From: Euryarchaeota archaeon UBA10 | GTDB lineage: Archaea; Thermoplasmatota; Poseidoniia; Poseidoniales; Poseidoniaceae | DNA length: 32,271 bases | Reading direction: 5' to 3' | NCBI GenBank assembly: GCA_002498185.1 | Contig: DAGO01000079.1 | Span: forward strand, 35,643 to 67,913 | In this document: piece by piece, positions 17,041 to 25,125 of the stretch | How the letters are laid out: every line of letters begins with the position of its first letter | Numbering within the stretch: the first letter of the stretch is position 1 | Position numbers and translations under genes: made by a program | The notes under the pieces: generated by a model | What the model was told of the DNA's origin: nothing | The model's input: only the letters and a program-made list of their open reading frames with translations | Databases searched by the model: none

Positions 17041-18561
17041 TCAATCATCAATTCTTGGAATTGAGGCTACATCCTCTGGGCTCTTAGTATCTGAACTAAC
17101 TAAGTCTTTGAAACTTGAAGGAATCTCTGGTTTCGGACTAATGTGTTCCATCATTCTGTCTACTTCTTCATCGCTGACGTCGCCACCATTGCTCTTAGCT
17201 AGATTCTGAATGGATTCTGCGACCTGGGATTGACGACTGTTTTCAGCCTGTAAACGGATGGCATCTGCAGTACGGCCTTTTGGTCGCTTTCGCAAAAATC
17301 TCTTCGATATTTTACTAGCCCTACCAATTGTTGGACTGATTAATTCAGCGATTACAGACCTACCGCGTAGCGCTCTAGTGCTGTTTTTACGAACCTTGAT
17401 TCGACGATTCTTAGGTTTAGCAACCAACTTAGTCATGTTTGGATAAAGGTCTCTTGGAGATTTGACCTCTTCAGGGATGATTTCCGCTTCGAGTGGAACC
17501 TCTCTGCGAGCAGACGCCACAAGAGAGGGTTGCTCTTCTTCTACAACTGGCTGCAATGGGGTGTCTGGAGATGAGAATGATTCTGGCCCTGCGTTTGGTA
17601 CGTGAACGCCGCTTGCCCCCACAAATGAAGGCAAAAATTCGGTTGGCGGCGGCGTAGGTTGTTGAGGTAACGGGTTTGAGTAAGCAGGCTGCATGTTATG
17701 CTGGTGAATCATTTCGTAGGATGGTAGGCCTGTCGGGGCAGTCCTGTGAACTTGATTGTAAACCGGCTGATTCGCTGGTTGTTGCCAACCATTTTGCATG
17801 ACTTGGTTTCTTTGAGTGAATAAATTGGACTTTGAGCGAGCTAGAAGCCCCTCTGAAATCTGTAGTTCCATTTGTGATTGGATTTCAGGCTCATCTTCCC
17901 AAATTGGTATGTCCAAATCATCAATCGCAATCGCTGGGCTGACTACTTCAGCATCGAAAACTTCTTCCTCATCCATCGAATCTATGAAGTGAGAAATTAC
18001 GGCAGAAGGGAATACTTCAACCGGTTCTGGAATCACTTCTAGTTCATCGCTATTAATTGAGCGAGGATAGTCAGAATCACTAACCATATTATCGACGCTT
18101 GCTTTAGCTTCCTCCAAAGTCATGCCGTTTTGGATACGCTGAATCAATGCACACAATCGCATAATTGTCAAATCTGCTCCGTACACTACGTGGCAATCTT
18201 CTGCGTTTGTATCGATAATTAGAGTCGGTTGCTTTGTGATGTAATGGGCTGCTGAAAGCACTAAGCCAGCCGCCCCCAGAAGGGCCTGCAACTTACCAGT
18301 AACTCCTCTCCAAGCAACCCAGATGAAAATTAAACCGACGACTGCAAGCCATCCCGGCACTAATGTAGTGTCATGATGTTGGACTCTTTTGATAGCATCC
18401 AAACGGATGTCAAGAGCATGTCCGTTTCGGGATTCAAATGAGACCTGGTTCTCGTTTAAGGTCGTCCTGACCTTGCCGCGAACTCCCCCCAGTGACAACG
18501 AGCGGAATTTTATCCCCGCTCCATTGACACCGAGCCCCTCTGGCCTCGTGTCCATAAGCAT
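17041..18561 (-). CDS. Hypothetical membrane protein with two TM helices, a Gln/Pro-rich low-complexity middle and a basic C-terminal region
   Basis: TM segments LVPGWLAVVGLIFIWVAW and LLGAAGLVLSAAHYI. Q/P-rich stretch QNGWQQPANQPVYNQ...PLPQQPTPPPTEF. No family recognised. Confidence 0.55.
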   Translation of the reverse strand: MLMDTRPEGLGVNGAGIKFRSLSLGGVRGKVRTTLNENQVSFESRNGHALDIRLDAIKRVQHHDTTLVPGWLAVVGLIFIWVAWRGVTGKLQALLGAAGLVLSAAHYITKQPTLIIDTNAEDCHVVYGADLTIMRLCALIQRIQNGMTLEEAKASVDNMVSDSDYPRSINSDELEVIPEPVEVFPSAVISHFIDSMDEEEVFDAEVVSPAIAIDDLDIPIWEDEPEIQSQMELQISEGLLARSKSNLFTQRNQVMQNGWQQPANQPVYNQVHRTAPTGLPSYEMIHQHNMQPAYSNPLPQQPTPPPTEFLPSFVGASGVHVPNAGPESFSSPDTPLQPVVEEEQPSLVASARREVPLEAEIIPEEVKSPRDLYPNMTKLVAKPKNRRIKVRKNSTRALRGRSVIAELISPTIGRASKISKRFLRKRPKGRTADAIRLQAENSRQSQVAESIQNLAKSNGGDVSDEEVDRMMEHISPKPEIPSSFKDLVSSDTKSPEDVASIPRIDD

Positions 18562-18606
18562 CCCGAACCGCCGAAGTTAATCCCGAGGTTATGAACCCAC
18601 CGTTTT

Positions 18607-18623
18607 CCCCTCCTATGGAGGGG
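18607..18623 (-). terminator. 7-bp CCCCTCC/GGAGGGG hairpin 18 nt after the EF-Tu-like stop
   Basis: Plus strand is cccctcc-tat-ggagggg. It lies 45 nt upstream of the next ATG, with in-frame stops between, so it is not that gene's SD. Confidence 0.3.
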
Positions 18624-18640
18624 TCGTTCTTCGAGGTGAT

Positions 18641-19660
18641 TTACGAAAGCCGAGTCAACTTTGCGCTACCCATGATTCTAGGCTTCGAATCGAGTTGAGC
18701 AAGAAGGACAACTGGTGGGTTTTCTTTGCGGATGAATAGAGGCGAGTCCCATGCCACCTCAAGTCCTGAATCAATCGATTCTACCCTTCCTACTACGAAT
18801 TGCAAATCAACGCTGGCATGGACAACATCACCCACTGCAAGAACTCTCTTTTGGAATGGGGAAATACTGAGTTCGACTGAACTTTTTTCATGCTTGTCAA
18901 GACATAGAGGAATTGAGATTCCTTTGTTCTTATCTTCAACAGCAGGATGAATGACTAGAGAACCACCTGTGAGATGCTCTTCCTTGGTATTGCGCAAGGC
19001 AATTCCAACTCTATCTCCTGCAACTGCTTGCTCAACATCATCGTCCATAACCTGTAAGCTCTTGACGGTTCCAGGGCCTTCTGCTGGAAGGAGATGTAAT
19101 TCGTCATGGACAGAAACTGAGCCTGATTGGACATATCCAATAGCGACCAATCCGATCCCCTTCACATTGAAATGCTGGTCGATTGGGACAACTAGGGGTT
19201 CTTGTTTTGCCGATTCCAGATCACTGGAAATTTCGTCCATTAAACCGTATAATGCGCCCCTTAATTCGATTCCGTCATCGCTACACTGCTCCCATGATGA
19301 AAGGCCTGCCTGAGCGATAAATGCTTTCACTTGGTCTTCATCTATCCACTCGCCTTGAGGAGGGTTGATTACGTAAATTCCCTTACTAATTCCAGCTGCT
19401 GCAAAACCAACCAAAACCTCACCAAACGTGGCATCGATTCCAGTAACTTCGAGCAAACCAACACGAGCTGCACACAACGAGTTGAAGAATGGGCGGATTC
19501 TTTCTGGCATTTTTGCTGGCCTAATTATCGAAAGAATACGTGGGCCGTCTGCTCCCGATTCTTTGTGAACGTAAGTATGGACGTCGCGCTGGTCAGTGGC
19601 TTTGGCCACAGCTTTAGCCAAGTCATCGCTGCCAATCATTGCGATATTCAGCACTGTCAT
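18641..19660 (-). CDS. EF-Tu/SelB-like three-domain protein with a degenerate (apparently P-loop-less) G domain
   Basis: Domain II pattern VVPIDQHFNVKGIGLVAIGYVQSGSVSVHDELHLLP...VKSLQVMDDDVEQAVAGDRVGIALRN. The N-terminus reads NIAMIGSDDLAKAV where GxxxxGK(S/T) is expected, and no NKxD is seen. ATG at 19660 is preferred to the TTG at 19699. Confidence 0.5.
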   Translation of the reverse strand: MTVLNIAMIGSDDLAKAVAKATDQRDVHTYVHKESGADGPRILSIIRPAKMPERIRPFFNSLCAARVGLLEVTGIDATFGEVLVGFAAAGISKGIYVINPPQGEWIDEDQVKAFIAQAGLSSWEQCSDDGIELRGALYGLMDEISSDLESAKQEPLVVPIDQHFNVKGIGLVAIGYVQSGSVSVHDELHLLPAEGPGTVKSLQVMDDDVEQAVAGDRVGIALRNTKEEHLTGGSLVIHPAVEDKNKGISIPLCLDKHEKSSVELSISPFQKRVLAVGDVVHASVDLQFVVGRVESIDSGLEVAWDSPLFIRKENPPVVLLAQLDSKPRIMGSAKLTRLS

Positions 19661-19699
19661 GGTACTGCGAGTTAGGGGGTGTTCTTGAGCATACTGCAA

Positions 19700-20626
19700 T
19701 CAAGAGGTGTTTGTGATGCGTCTATATTCGGAAAGTCGAATTTCGTATTCCTCATTCGAAAGATTACGAATCCTTTCTGTTCCGAAGTTTTCTATTGTAA
19801 ATGAGGCTGTTACAGTAGCATGAACTAATGATTCAGCAAGTTCATTTCGACTAACTTCGCCTGAATTTTGAGTAAGGTACTGAGCCATTGCACCTGCGAA
19901 AGAATCACCACAACCCGTTGGGTCTGTTAATTGCCTGGTCGGATATGATGGCATCGAGATAATTCCTTCTGGATGCATGGCTAAGACTCCATGTTCGCCG
20001 CGCTTGACGACCAAGATTCCTCCTTGCTTCATCTCCAGAACGCTCTCTGCTGCTCGAATCAAGTTATCATCACCAGCGAGCATCTTTACTTCTGCATCAT
20101 TCAGAATTAAGATATCGACCTTTGTCATAACATCACGCAACTCTTGGTTTGCAATGTCGATCCAGAGATTCATTGAATCCAAAATCGAAACTCTTCCAAC
20201 ATTAGTTTGGGATATTACAGAAGATTGTAGACTTGGGTGCAAATTGGCACACATCAGCACTTTGGGGGAGGTTTGTTCTTCGGGAACTTTAGGTTGGAAA
20301 CTCTCGAACACATTGAGATGAGTCTCGTGTGTGACGGCTTCAGCCATATCCCCATGATAGGAGCCTTTCCAGCGGAATGTTTCTCCTTCGTTTTCTTCAA
20401 TTCCGCTAATTTCCAATCCGGAATTTCGGTACCATTCAAGGTGCTCTGATTTGAAATCCTGACCGACAACACCGACCAATGCGACACCGTTGCCGCCATT
20501 CTTGCGATTGTGAAAGGCTGCCGAGAAGCCTCCGTACGACGCTGAACCACCCAGTTCATCTTCTCGTGAACCCATAGGGGTTTCAAGAGAATCGTAGGCT
20601 AGGCTGCCAACGATTAGTACATCCAT
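19700..20626 (-). CDS. PfkB-family (ribokinase-like) sugar/nucleoside kinase
   Basis: MDVLIVGSLAYD N-terminus and the DPTGCGDSFAGAMA PfkB signature near the C-terminus. The ATG at 20626 lies 4 nt after the biotin carboxylase stop. Confidence 0.8.
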   Translation of the reverse strand: MDVLIVGSLAYDSLETPMGSREDELGGSASYGGFSAAFHNRKNGGNGVALVGVVGQDFKSEHLEWYRNSGLEISGIEENEGETFRWKGSYHGDMAEAVTHETHLNVFESFQPKVPEEQTSPKVLMCANLHPSLQSSVISQTNVGRVSILDSMNLWIDIANQELRDVMTKVDILILNDAEVKMLAGDDNLIRAAESVLEMKQGGILVVKRGEHGVLAMHPEGIISMPSYPTRQLTDPTGCGDSFAGAMAQYLTQNSGEVSRNELAESLVHATVTASFTIENFGTERIRNLSNEEYEIRLSEYRRITNTS

Positions 20627-20630
20627 AGAA

Positions 20631-21971
20631 TCATCCCAACAAGTCTTGGTGCTCATCGATGTAGGCGATTGTAATATCCCCTGCAAGGAAATCCTTCTCA
20701 TCCATTATTCTGCGATGTAGTGGAATTAGATGGTCCACACCAGTGATTATGGTTTCATCTAATGCTGTTCTCATTCTACGGATTGCTGAATCTCTATCCG
20801 GCCCCCAAGCGAGTAGCTTTGCAAGTAGACTGTCGAAACATCCCGGCATTTCATAACCCGGGTGTGCATGTGTATCACACCTGATTCCGAATCCAGATGG
20901 GAAGTGGCATTCCCACAACCTGCCTGGAGATGGAACGAAATTGGTGGTGTCTTCTGCATTGAGCCTACATTGTATTGCGTGGCCTCTGATTGTAATATCA
21001 TCTTGAGTTAGAGGTAGGCTTTCTCCCTGAGCAACTCTAATTCCTAATTCTACGAGATTGTATCCGGTAATCAATTCTGTAACGGTATGCTCAACCTGTA
21101 CCCTTGGATTCACTTCTAAGAAGTAGAAATCTCCATTCTTGTCTCGTAAGAACTCGAATGTTGCTAGACCTTTGTAGCCCACTGATTCTGCACCTGCACA
21201 AACCAATGCTCCAACTTCTGCTCTCTTTTCGTCGGTTAGCCAAGGACCTTCTTCGACCAGTTTCTGGTGGCGACGCTGAATTGAACAGAATCTTTCACCA
21301 AAGTGAATCGCCTTTTCTCCATCTGCTAGGACTTGGAACTCGACGTGTTGTGCACCTTCGATGTATTTCTCAACAAATACTCTATCATCGCCAAACGCTG
21401 ATTTTGCACGGCCCTGACATAGTTTGAGTGCACCTTCAAACTCGTTCGCTGCATGAACGATTTGCATTCCGATTCCACCGCCACCTGCGGCTGCCTTGAT
21501 GATTACCGGATAGCCGATTTCATCAGCTAATTCACTGGCAACTTCTGCAGAGGAAATCGGTTCGCTACTACCCTTTGCAGTAGGTAGGCCTGCGGCTTCC
21601 ATAGCCGCACGGGCTTCGATTTTGTCACCTAGTAAAGTAATGACATGCGAAGCTGGTCCGATGAACGTAATTCCCTCTTCCTCCAAACGCTTGACGAAAT
21701 GTGCATTCTCTGCTAGGAACCCGTATCCTGGGTGGACTGCGTCGCATTCAAGGTCCTTAGCAGCCTGTACAACAGCCTCGATATCAAGGTAAGAATCCAA
21801 TGGATTTGACCTCATTATTGGATAAGCAATGTCAGCCATTCTAACGGGTAGAGATAATCGGTCTTCTCTGCCGTGAATAATTGCAGCCTCAATACCCATG
21901 TCCCTGAGTGTTCTTAGAATCCTCAAAGCGATTTCTCCACGGTTCGCAATTAGCACACGCTTGAATGCCAT
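20631..21971 (-). CDS. accC: Biotin carboxylase (ATP-grasp subunit of an acyl-CoA or pyruvate carboxylase)
   Basis: MAFKRVLIANRGEIALRILRTLRDMGIEAAIIH, GYGFLAENAHF, YPVIIKAAAGGGGIGM, FLEVNPRVQVEHTVTE. No BCCP or carboxyltransferase gene is adjacent. Confidence 0.9.
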   Translation of the reverse strand: MAFKRVLIANRGEIALRILRTLRDMGIEAAIIHGREDRLSLPVRMADIAYPIMRSNPLDSYLDIEAVVQAAKDLECDAVHPGYGFLAENAHFVKRLEEEGITFIGPASHVITLLGDKIEARAAMEAAGLPTAKGSSEPISSAEVASELADEIGYPVIIKAAAGGGGIGMQIVHAANEFEGALKLCQGRAKSAFGDDRVFVEKYIEGAQHVEFQVLADGEKAIHFGERFCSIQRRHQKLVEEGPWLTDEKRAEVGALVCAGAESVGYKGLATFEFLRDKNGDFYFLEVNPRVQVEHTVTELITGYNLVELGIRVAQGESLPLTQDDITIRGHAIQCRLNAEDTTNFVPSPGRLWECHFPSGFGIRCDTHAHPGYEMPGCFDSLLAKLLAWGPDRDSAIRRMRTALDETIITGVDHLIPLHRRIMDEKDFLAGDITIAYIDEHQDLLG

Positions 21972-22130
21972 GTTAGACCCCAAACCTAACTATTCTAAGA
22001 TGAAAGCGGTTGGTTTGGGTTCGATAAATGCGATTTTTTACGCCGAAAAATGGAAACAAACTACCTTTTTCCGCCGAACTTAGGAACGATTTGCCGTTCT
22101 TCTTATAGGATACCCAAACAATTGAACAAT

Positions 22131-22607
22131 ATGGCCGACGATGTTGACACGGGAGCATCCACTGTCGAGAGGTTGGCAGGTAGAGACTTGAATCAGGATG
22201 GCAAAGTAATCAATTTGGTAATTTGTGGAAACTCTAGATTCTACAATTACGAATGGATTGAAGAACAGCTAGAACAATGGATAAAATGGAATGATTATCC
22301 TGATTTGATAATCATCGGAGGAGCCAGTGGAGTTGATTACTTGGTCGAGAGGTGGGCTAACAATCAAGCGATACCAATGGCAATTTTCACCGAAGCTTGG
22401 AATGAACCTCGTAGCGGACTCGAGGATTCTGGACGTCCTGAAGCTGCACCTACACTGGGTGACAAAATGCTGGAACATGCTACTCATCTAGTTGCATTCC
22501 CTGGGCCGAAATCAAAATGGACTACGATCATGATAAATCGTGCACGAGAAAAAGGAATCCCCGCAGTAGCGGTTCCTACACCATCCGAAGGAGATGCAGA
22601 TCAGTAG
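22131..22607 (+). CDS. DUF2493-like SLOG-superfamily protein
   Basis: LVICGNSRF...LIIIGGASGVDYLVERWA...HLVAFPGPKSKWTTIMINRAREKGIPV matches the pattern I remember for DUF2493/YspA-type Rossmann-like (SLOG) domains. ATG at 22131 is preferred. Confidence 0.55.
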   Translation: MADDVDTGASTVERLAGRDLNQDGKVINLVICGNSRFYNYEWIEEQLEQWIKWNDYPDLIIIGGASGVDYLVERWANNQAIPMAIFTEAWNEPRSGLEDSGRPEAAPTLGDKMLEHATHLVAFPGPKSKWTTIMINRAREKGIPAVAVPTPSEGDADQ

Positions 22608-23863
22608 ACGTCTCTCAAGTAACGCTTCTGTTCCTTCATCATTGTCTTCTCGATGAAGTGGGTAGCATCTGCTTCAGACATTCCACCGTGCTCAATCGCA
22701 ATGTCGATTAGCGCACGGTGTACATCCTTTGCCATGTATTGCTTGTCGCCACAGATGTAGAAGTAAGCTCCACGCTCGAACCACTCCCACACTTCTGCTC
22801 CGTGCTCTTTGAGCCTATGCTGAACGTAGATTTTCTCTTCTTGGTCTCTTGACCAAGCAGTTGTGAATCTGTACATATGTCCTTCATCTAGCCAATTCTC
22901 GATTTCATCCTTGTAATAGAATTCAGTCTTGGAGGATTGGTCTCCAAAGAATAGCCAGTTCTTTCCAGTTCCACCATCGTGGACTCTCTGTTCCATGAAT
23001 GCACGGAAAGGAGCGATACCTGTTCCCGGCCCCACCATGATAATGTCCGTAGATTTGTCTTCGGGCAGAACGAATGACTTGGTTGGCGACATGAATACAC
23101 CAACATCTGTCTTGTTTACTTTAACTTCATCAGCCATGTAAATTGTACACAATCCACCTCTGTCTCTACCGTGGTGAGAGTATCTTACAATTCCAACAGT
23201 TAACTCGACGAATCCTGGATGAGCATCGTGGCTGCTTGCGATTGAATACAGTCTTGGCTTCAACTTGTCAATCAATTCAATGAACTCTTCAGGAGTGTAA
23301 CTTACATCGAAGTCATTCAATACATCGATGTAGTCTCGAGACCAGATGTAATCTTCCATTGCATCTGCATCGGTAGCTAGGTTCTCTGCACGACCAGCAG
23401 GGTCATCACCAGGGATGGAAGGCAGAAGTTCACTTTCCATGGCCGAATCTCCACTCATCCAATCGGAGCCTTGTCCAGCGACGGATTCTCGGTATCTTTC
23501 AATCATCTTTACAGTGATTCTCATTCCATTAGAACTGACTTTTTCAGTTAGCGACTTCACGAATTTCTTGTTGACTCTGTGAATTTCAAAATCCTTCTTC
23601 AGTGCTTCCCAAAGTGTTCTCTCGCCATTGTGGGTTGTAACCATGTGATCTTGTGCCCATCCTGCAGTCTCGATTAACAAATCAACAGTGTTAGCAGGAT
23701 TTTCTGCGAGTACTCCAAGAGCATCCCCTACCTTGTAGTCAAGACCAGAATCGCCCAAATCAAATACAACGTGGCGTGTTTCTTTCCTAGAGCCCTCACC
23801 ATTTAGGATATAGCACTCAGTTATCTTGGTCATGTATGGGTTTTTTGCGCTCCAATTAGACAT
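22601..23863 (-). CDS. CysJ-like FAD/NADPH oxidoreductase (FNR-like module, no flavodoxin domain)
   Basis: KNPYMTKITECYILNGEGSRKETRHVVFDL, RLYSIASS (the FAD-binding RxYS motif), GPGTGIAPFRAF, YICGD...MAKDV, C-terminal YLRDVY. Confidence 0.8.
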   Translation of the reverse strand: MSNWSAKNPYMTKITECYILNGEGSRKETRHVVFDLGDSGLDYKVGDALGVLAENPANTVDLLIETAGWAQDHMVTTHNGERTLWEALKKDFEIHRVNKKFVKSLTEKVSSNGMRITVKMIERYRESVAGQGSDWMSGDSAMESELLPSIPGDDPAGRAENLATDADAMEDYIWSRDYIDVLNDFDVSYTPEEFIELIDKLKPRLYSIASSHDAHPGFVELTVGIVRYSHHGRDRGGLCTIYMADEVKVNKTDVGVFMSPTKSFVLPEDKSTDIIMVGPGTGIAPFRAFMEQRVHDGGTGKNWLFFGDQSSKTEFYYKDEIENWLDEGHMYRFTTAWSRDQEEKIYVQHRLKEHGAEVWEWFERGAYFYICGDKQYMAKDVHRALIDIAIEHGGMSEADATHFIEKTMMKEQKRYLRDVY

Positions 23864-23953
23864 AGTAACCAACCGATGTTTGCCCGCACCTGTAAGGGAT
23901 AGATGAATGTTAGGTGCGATGATGTCTTAGACTTGAAGCACTTGCAGCGAACA

Positions 23954-24718
23954 ATGGTCGATGTTCAGTTGCTCGGAAGTGGCAATGCATTCTTGCCTTC
24001 AGGCAGGATGCATTCATTCCTTCTAATCGACAAACACATCATCGTAGACTGTCCTCCGACCGCACTAGCTAGTCTGAGAAATGCTGGTATTAGTCCAGCA
24101 GATATCGATACAATTCTGATTACTCATGTTCATGGAGACCATGTCTTCGGTTTCCCGTTCTTCCTCCTAGAGAGAAAATACATCTCCGACAGGGGAGGAG
24201 AACGCCCTCTCACTGTAGCTGGTTCCAGTATTGTAAGAGAGAGACTAACAGAACTGTGTAAACTGGCGTATCCTGGCTCTCTAGATGAAATGCTAAACAG
24301 CATTGAATGGGTAGACACTCCAAATATCGAAGGATGGAGTATGGAGAGATTCGAAGTCTATCACGAGCCAATGGTAGAGCCTCATGGATGGATGCTGACC
24401 AATGACCAGGGTTGGTCCATGCTACATTCAGGTGATTCAGGACCTTGTGAAGAATTGTGGAACAGAATAGCGAAGTGCAGTTTTGCAGTAGTAGAAATGG
24501 GAGTTCCAGAATGGGTTGAAACTGATGAGCATCACAAACCAAGTGATATTGTTAGATTAGCAGAAAAGTGTCCCAATACACAATTGATTCTGACCCACAC
24601 ATACATCGATTCTGATTACAAAATTTTGACTAAAGAAGTCCCAGAATTTCCTGAAAATGTGATTCATGGAGAAGATGGCATGCTTTTTGCACTTGATAGT
24701 GAAGGTTCAATTTGTTAG
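23954..24718 (+). CDS. Metallo-beta-lactamase-fold hydrolase (RNase Z/BN-like)
   Basis: VQLLGSGNAF...ILITHVHGDHVFG (the HxHxDH motif). Alternative upstream ATG at 23903. Confidence 0.7.
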   Translation: MVDVQLLGSGNAFLPSGRMHSFLLIDKHIIVDCPPTALASLRNAGISPADIDTILITHVHGDHVFGFPFFLLERKYISDRGGERPLTVAGSSIVRERLTELCKLAYPGSLDEMLNSIEWVDTPNIEGWSMERFEVYHEPMVEPHGWMLTNDQGWSMLHSGDSGPCEELWNRIAKCSFAVVEMGVPEWVETDEHHKPSDIVRLAEKCPNTQLILTHTYIDSDYKILTKEVPEFPENVIHGEDGMLFALDSEGSIC

Positions 24719-25125
24719 AATAAAATGCTATTAAAATAACATTATTTTCTATGTATTTTTTCAGTTTGTTGATTTTCGAGCGAAAATAAGAAATTTGATC
24801 TTGAACAAAATCAAATCCAATTCTCAATTTTCCCGTTTCAAATTTATTTTGAACAAAATATTTTTTGAAAAACTGAGTTTTTTCTTCTCGGCGATAAATA
24901 TTTTTTATTTCGGCGAGCTAGTCAAAATTGTGCGGCACAGTATGTTCTTTTTATAACATAAAGCGTAAAATTATGCTTCCCTTTTTATACCTCCAATTGA
25001 AATCGATTTAGTAAGCAAATCTAGGTCTTTACCACCTAGTTCGGGATTAGCCTTATATGGTGGACTCGGACTCCCCGTAGGCATCACGCATGGTGGGGCG
25101 CGGGTAGGCAACAAACAAAGCAAAA
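24719..25125. other. Putative replication origin region: AT-rich unwinding-element-like stretch with several short repeat families, immediately upstream of orc1/cdc6
   Basis: This is the longest and by far the most AT-rich intergenic region in the window. TTGAACAAAAT occurs twice (24801-24811, 24849-24859). Related TTGAAA-type elements are at 24836-24845 (reverse), 24865-24872 and CTCCAATTGAAAT at 24991-25003. TTCGRGCGA-type repeats are at 24775-24783, 24885-24894 and 24908-24917. GGTGG-containing repeats lie at 25030-25100. TATA-like ccctttttatac is at 24980-24990. Confidence 0.45.
24756..24761 (+). terminator. Oligo-T tract downstream of the MBL-fold gene
   Basis: T6 run (atgtattttttcag) about 40 nt after the stop. 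Archaeal termination typically uses oligo-T. Confidence 0.3.

Noticed and set aside
5636-21427. Long antisense or alternate-frame ORFs inside annotated genes (for example 5636-5950, 6529-6816, 8017-8331, 8570-8914, 9580-9915, 10927-11313, 12778-13191, 18951-19313, 19331-19675, 19977-20321, 20254-20586, 21104-21427)
   Set aside because: Each is fully embedded in a longer ORF with clear family motifs or clear secreted-protein architecture. Their translations are Ser/Leu/Cys/Arg-rich shadow-frame products.
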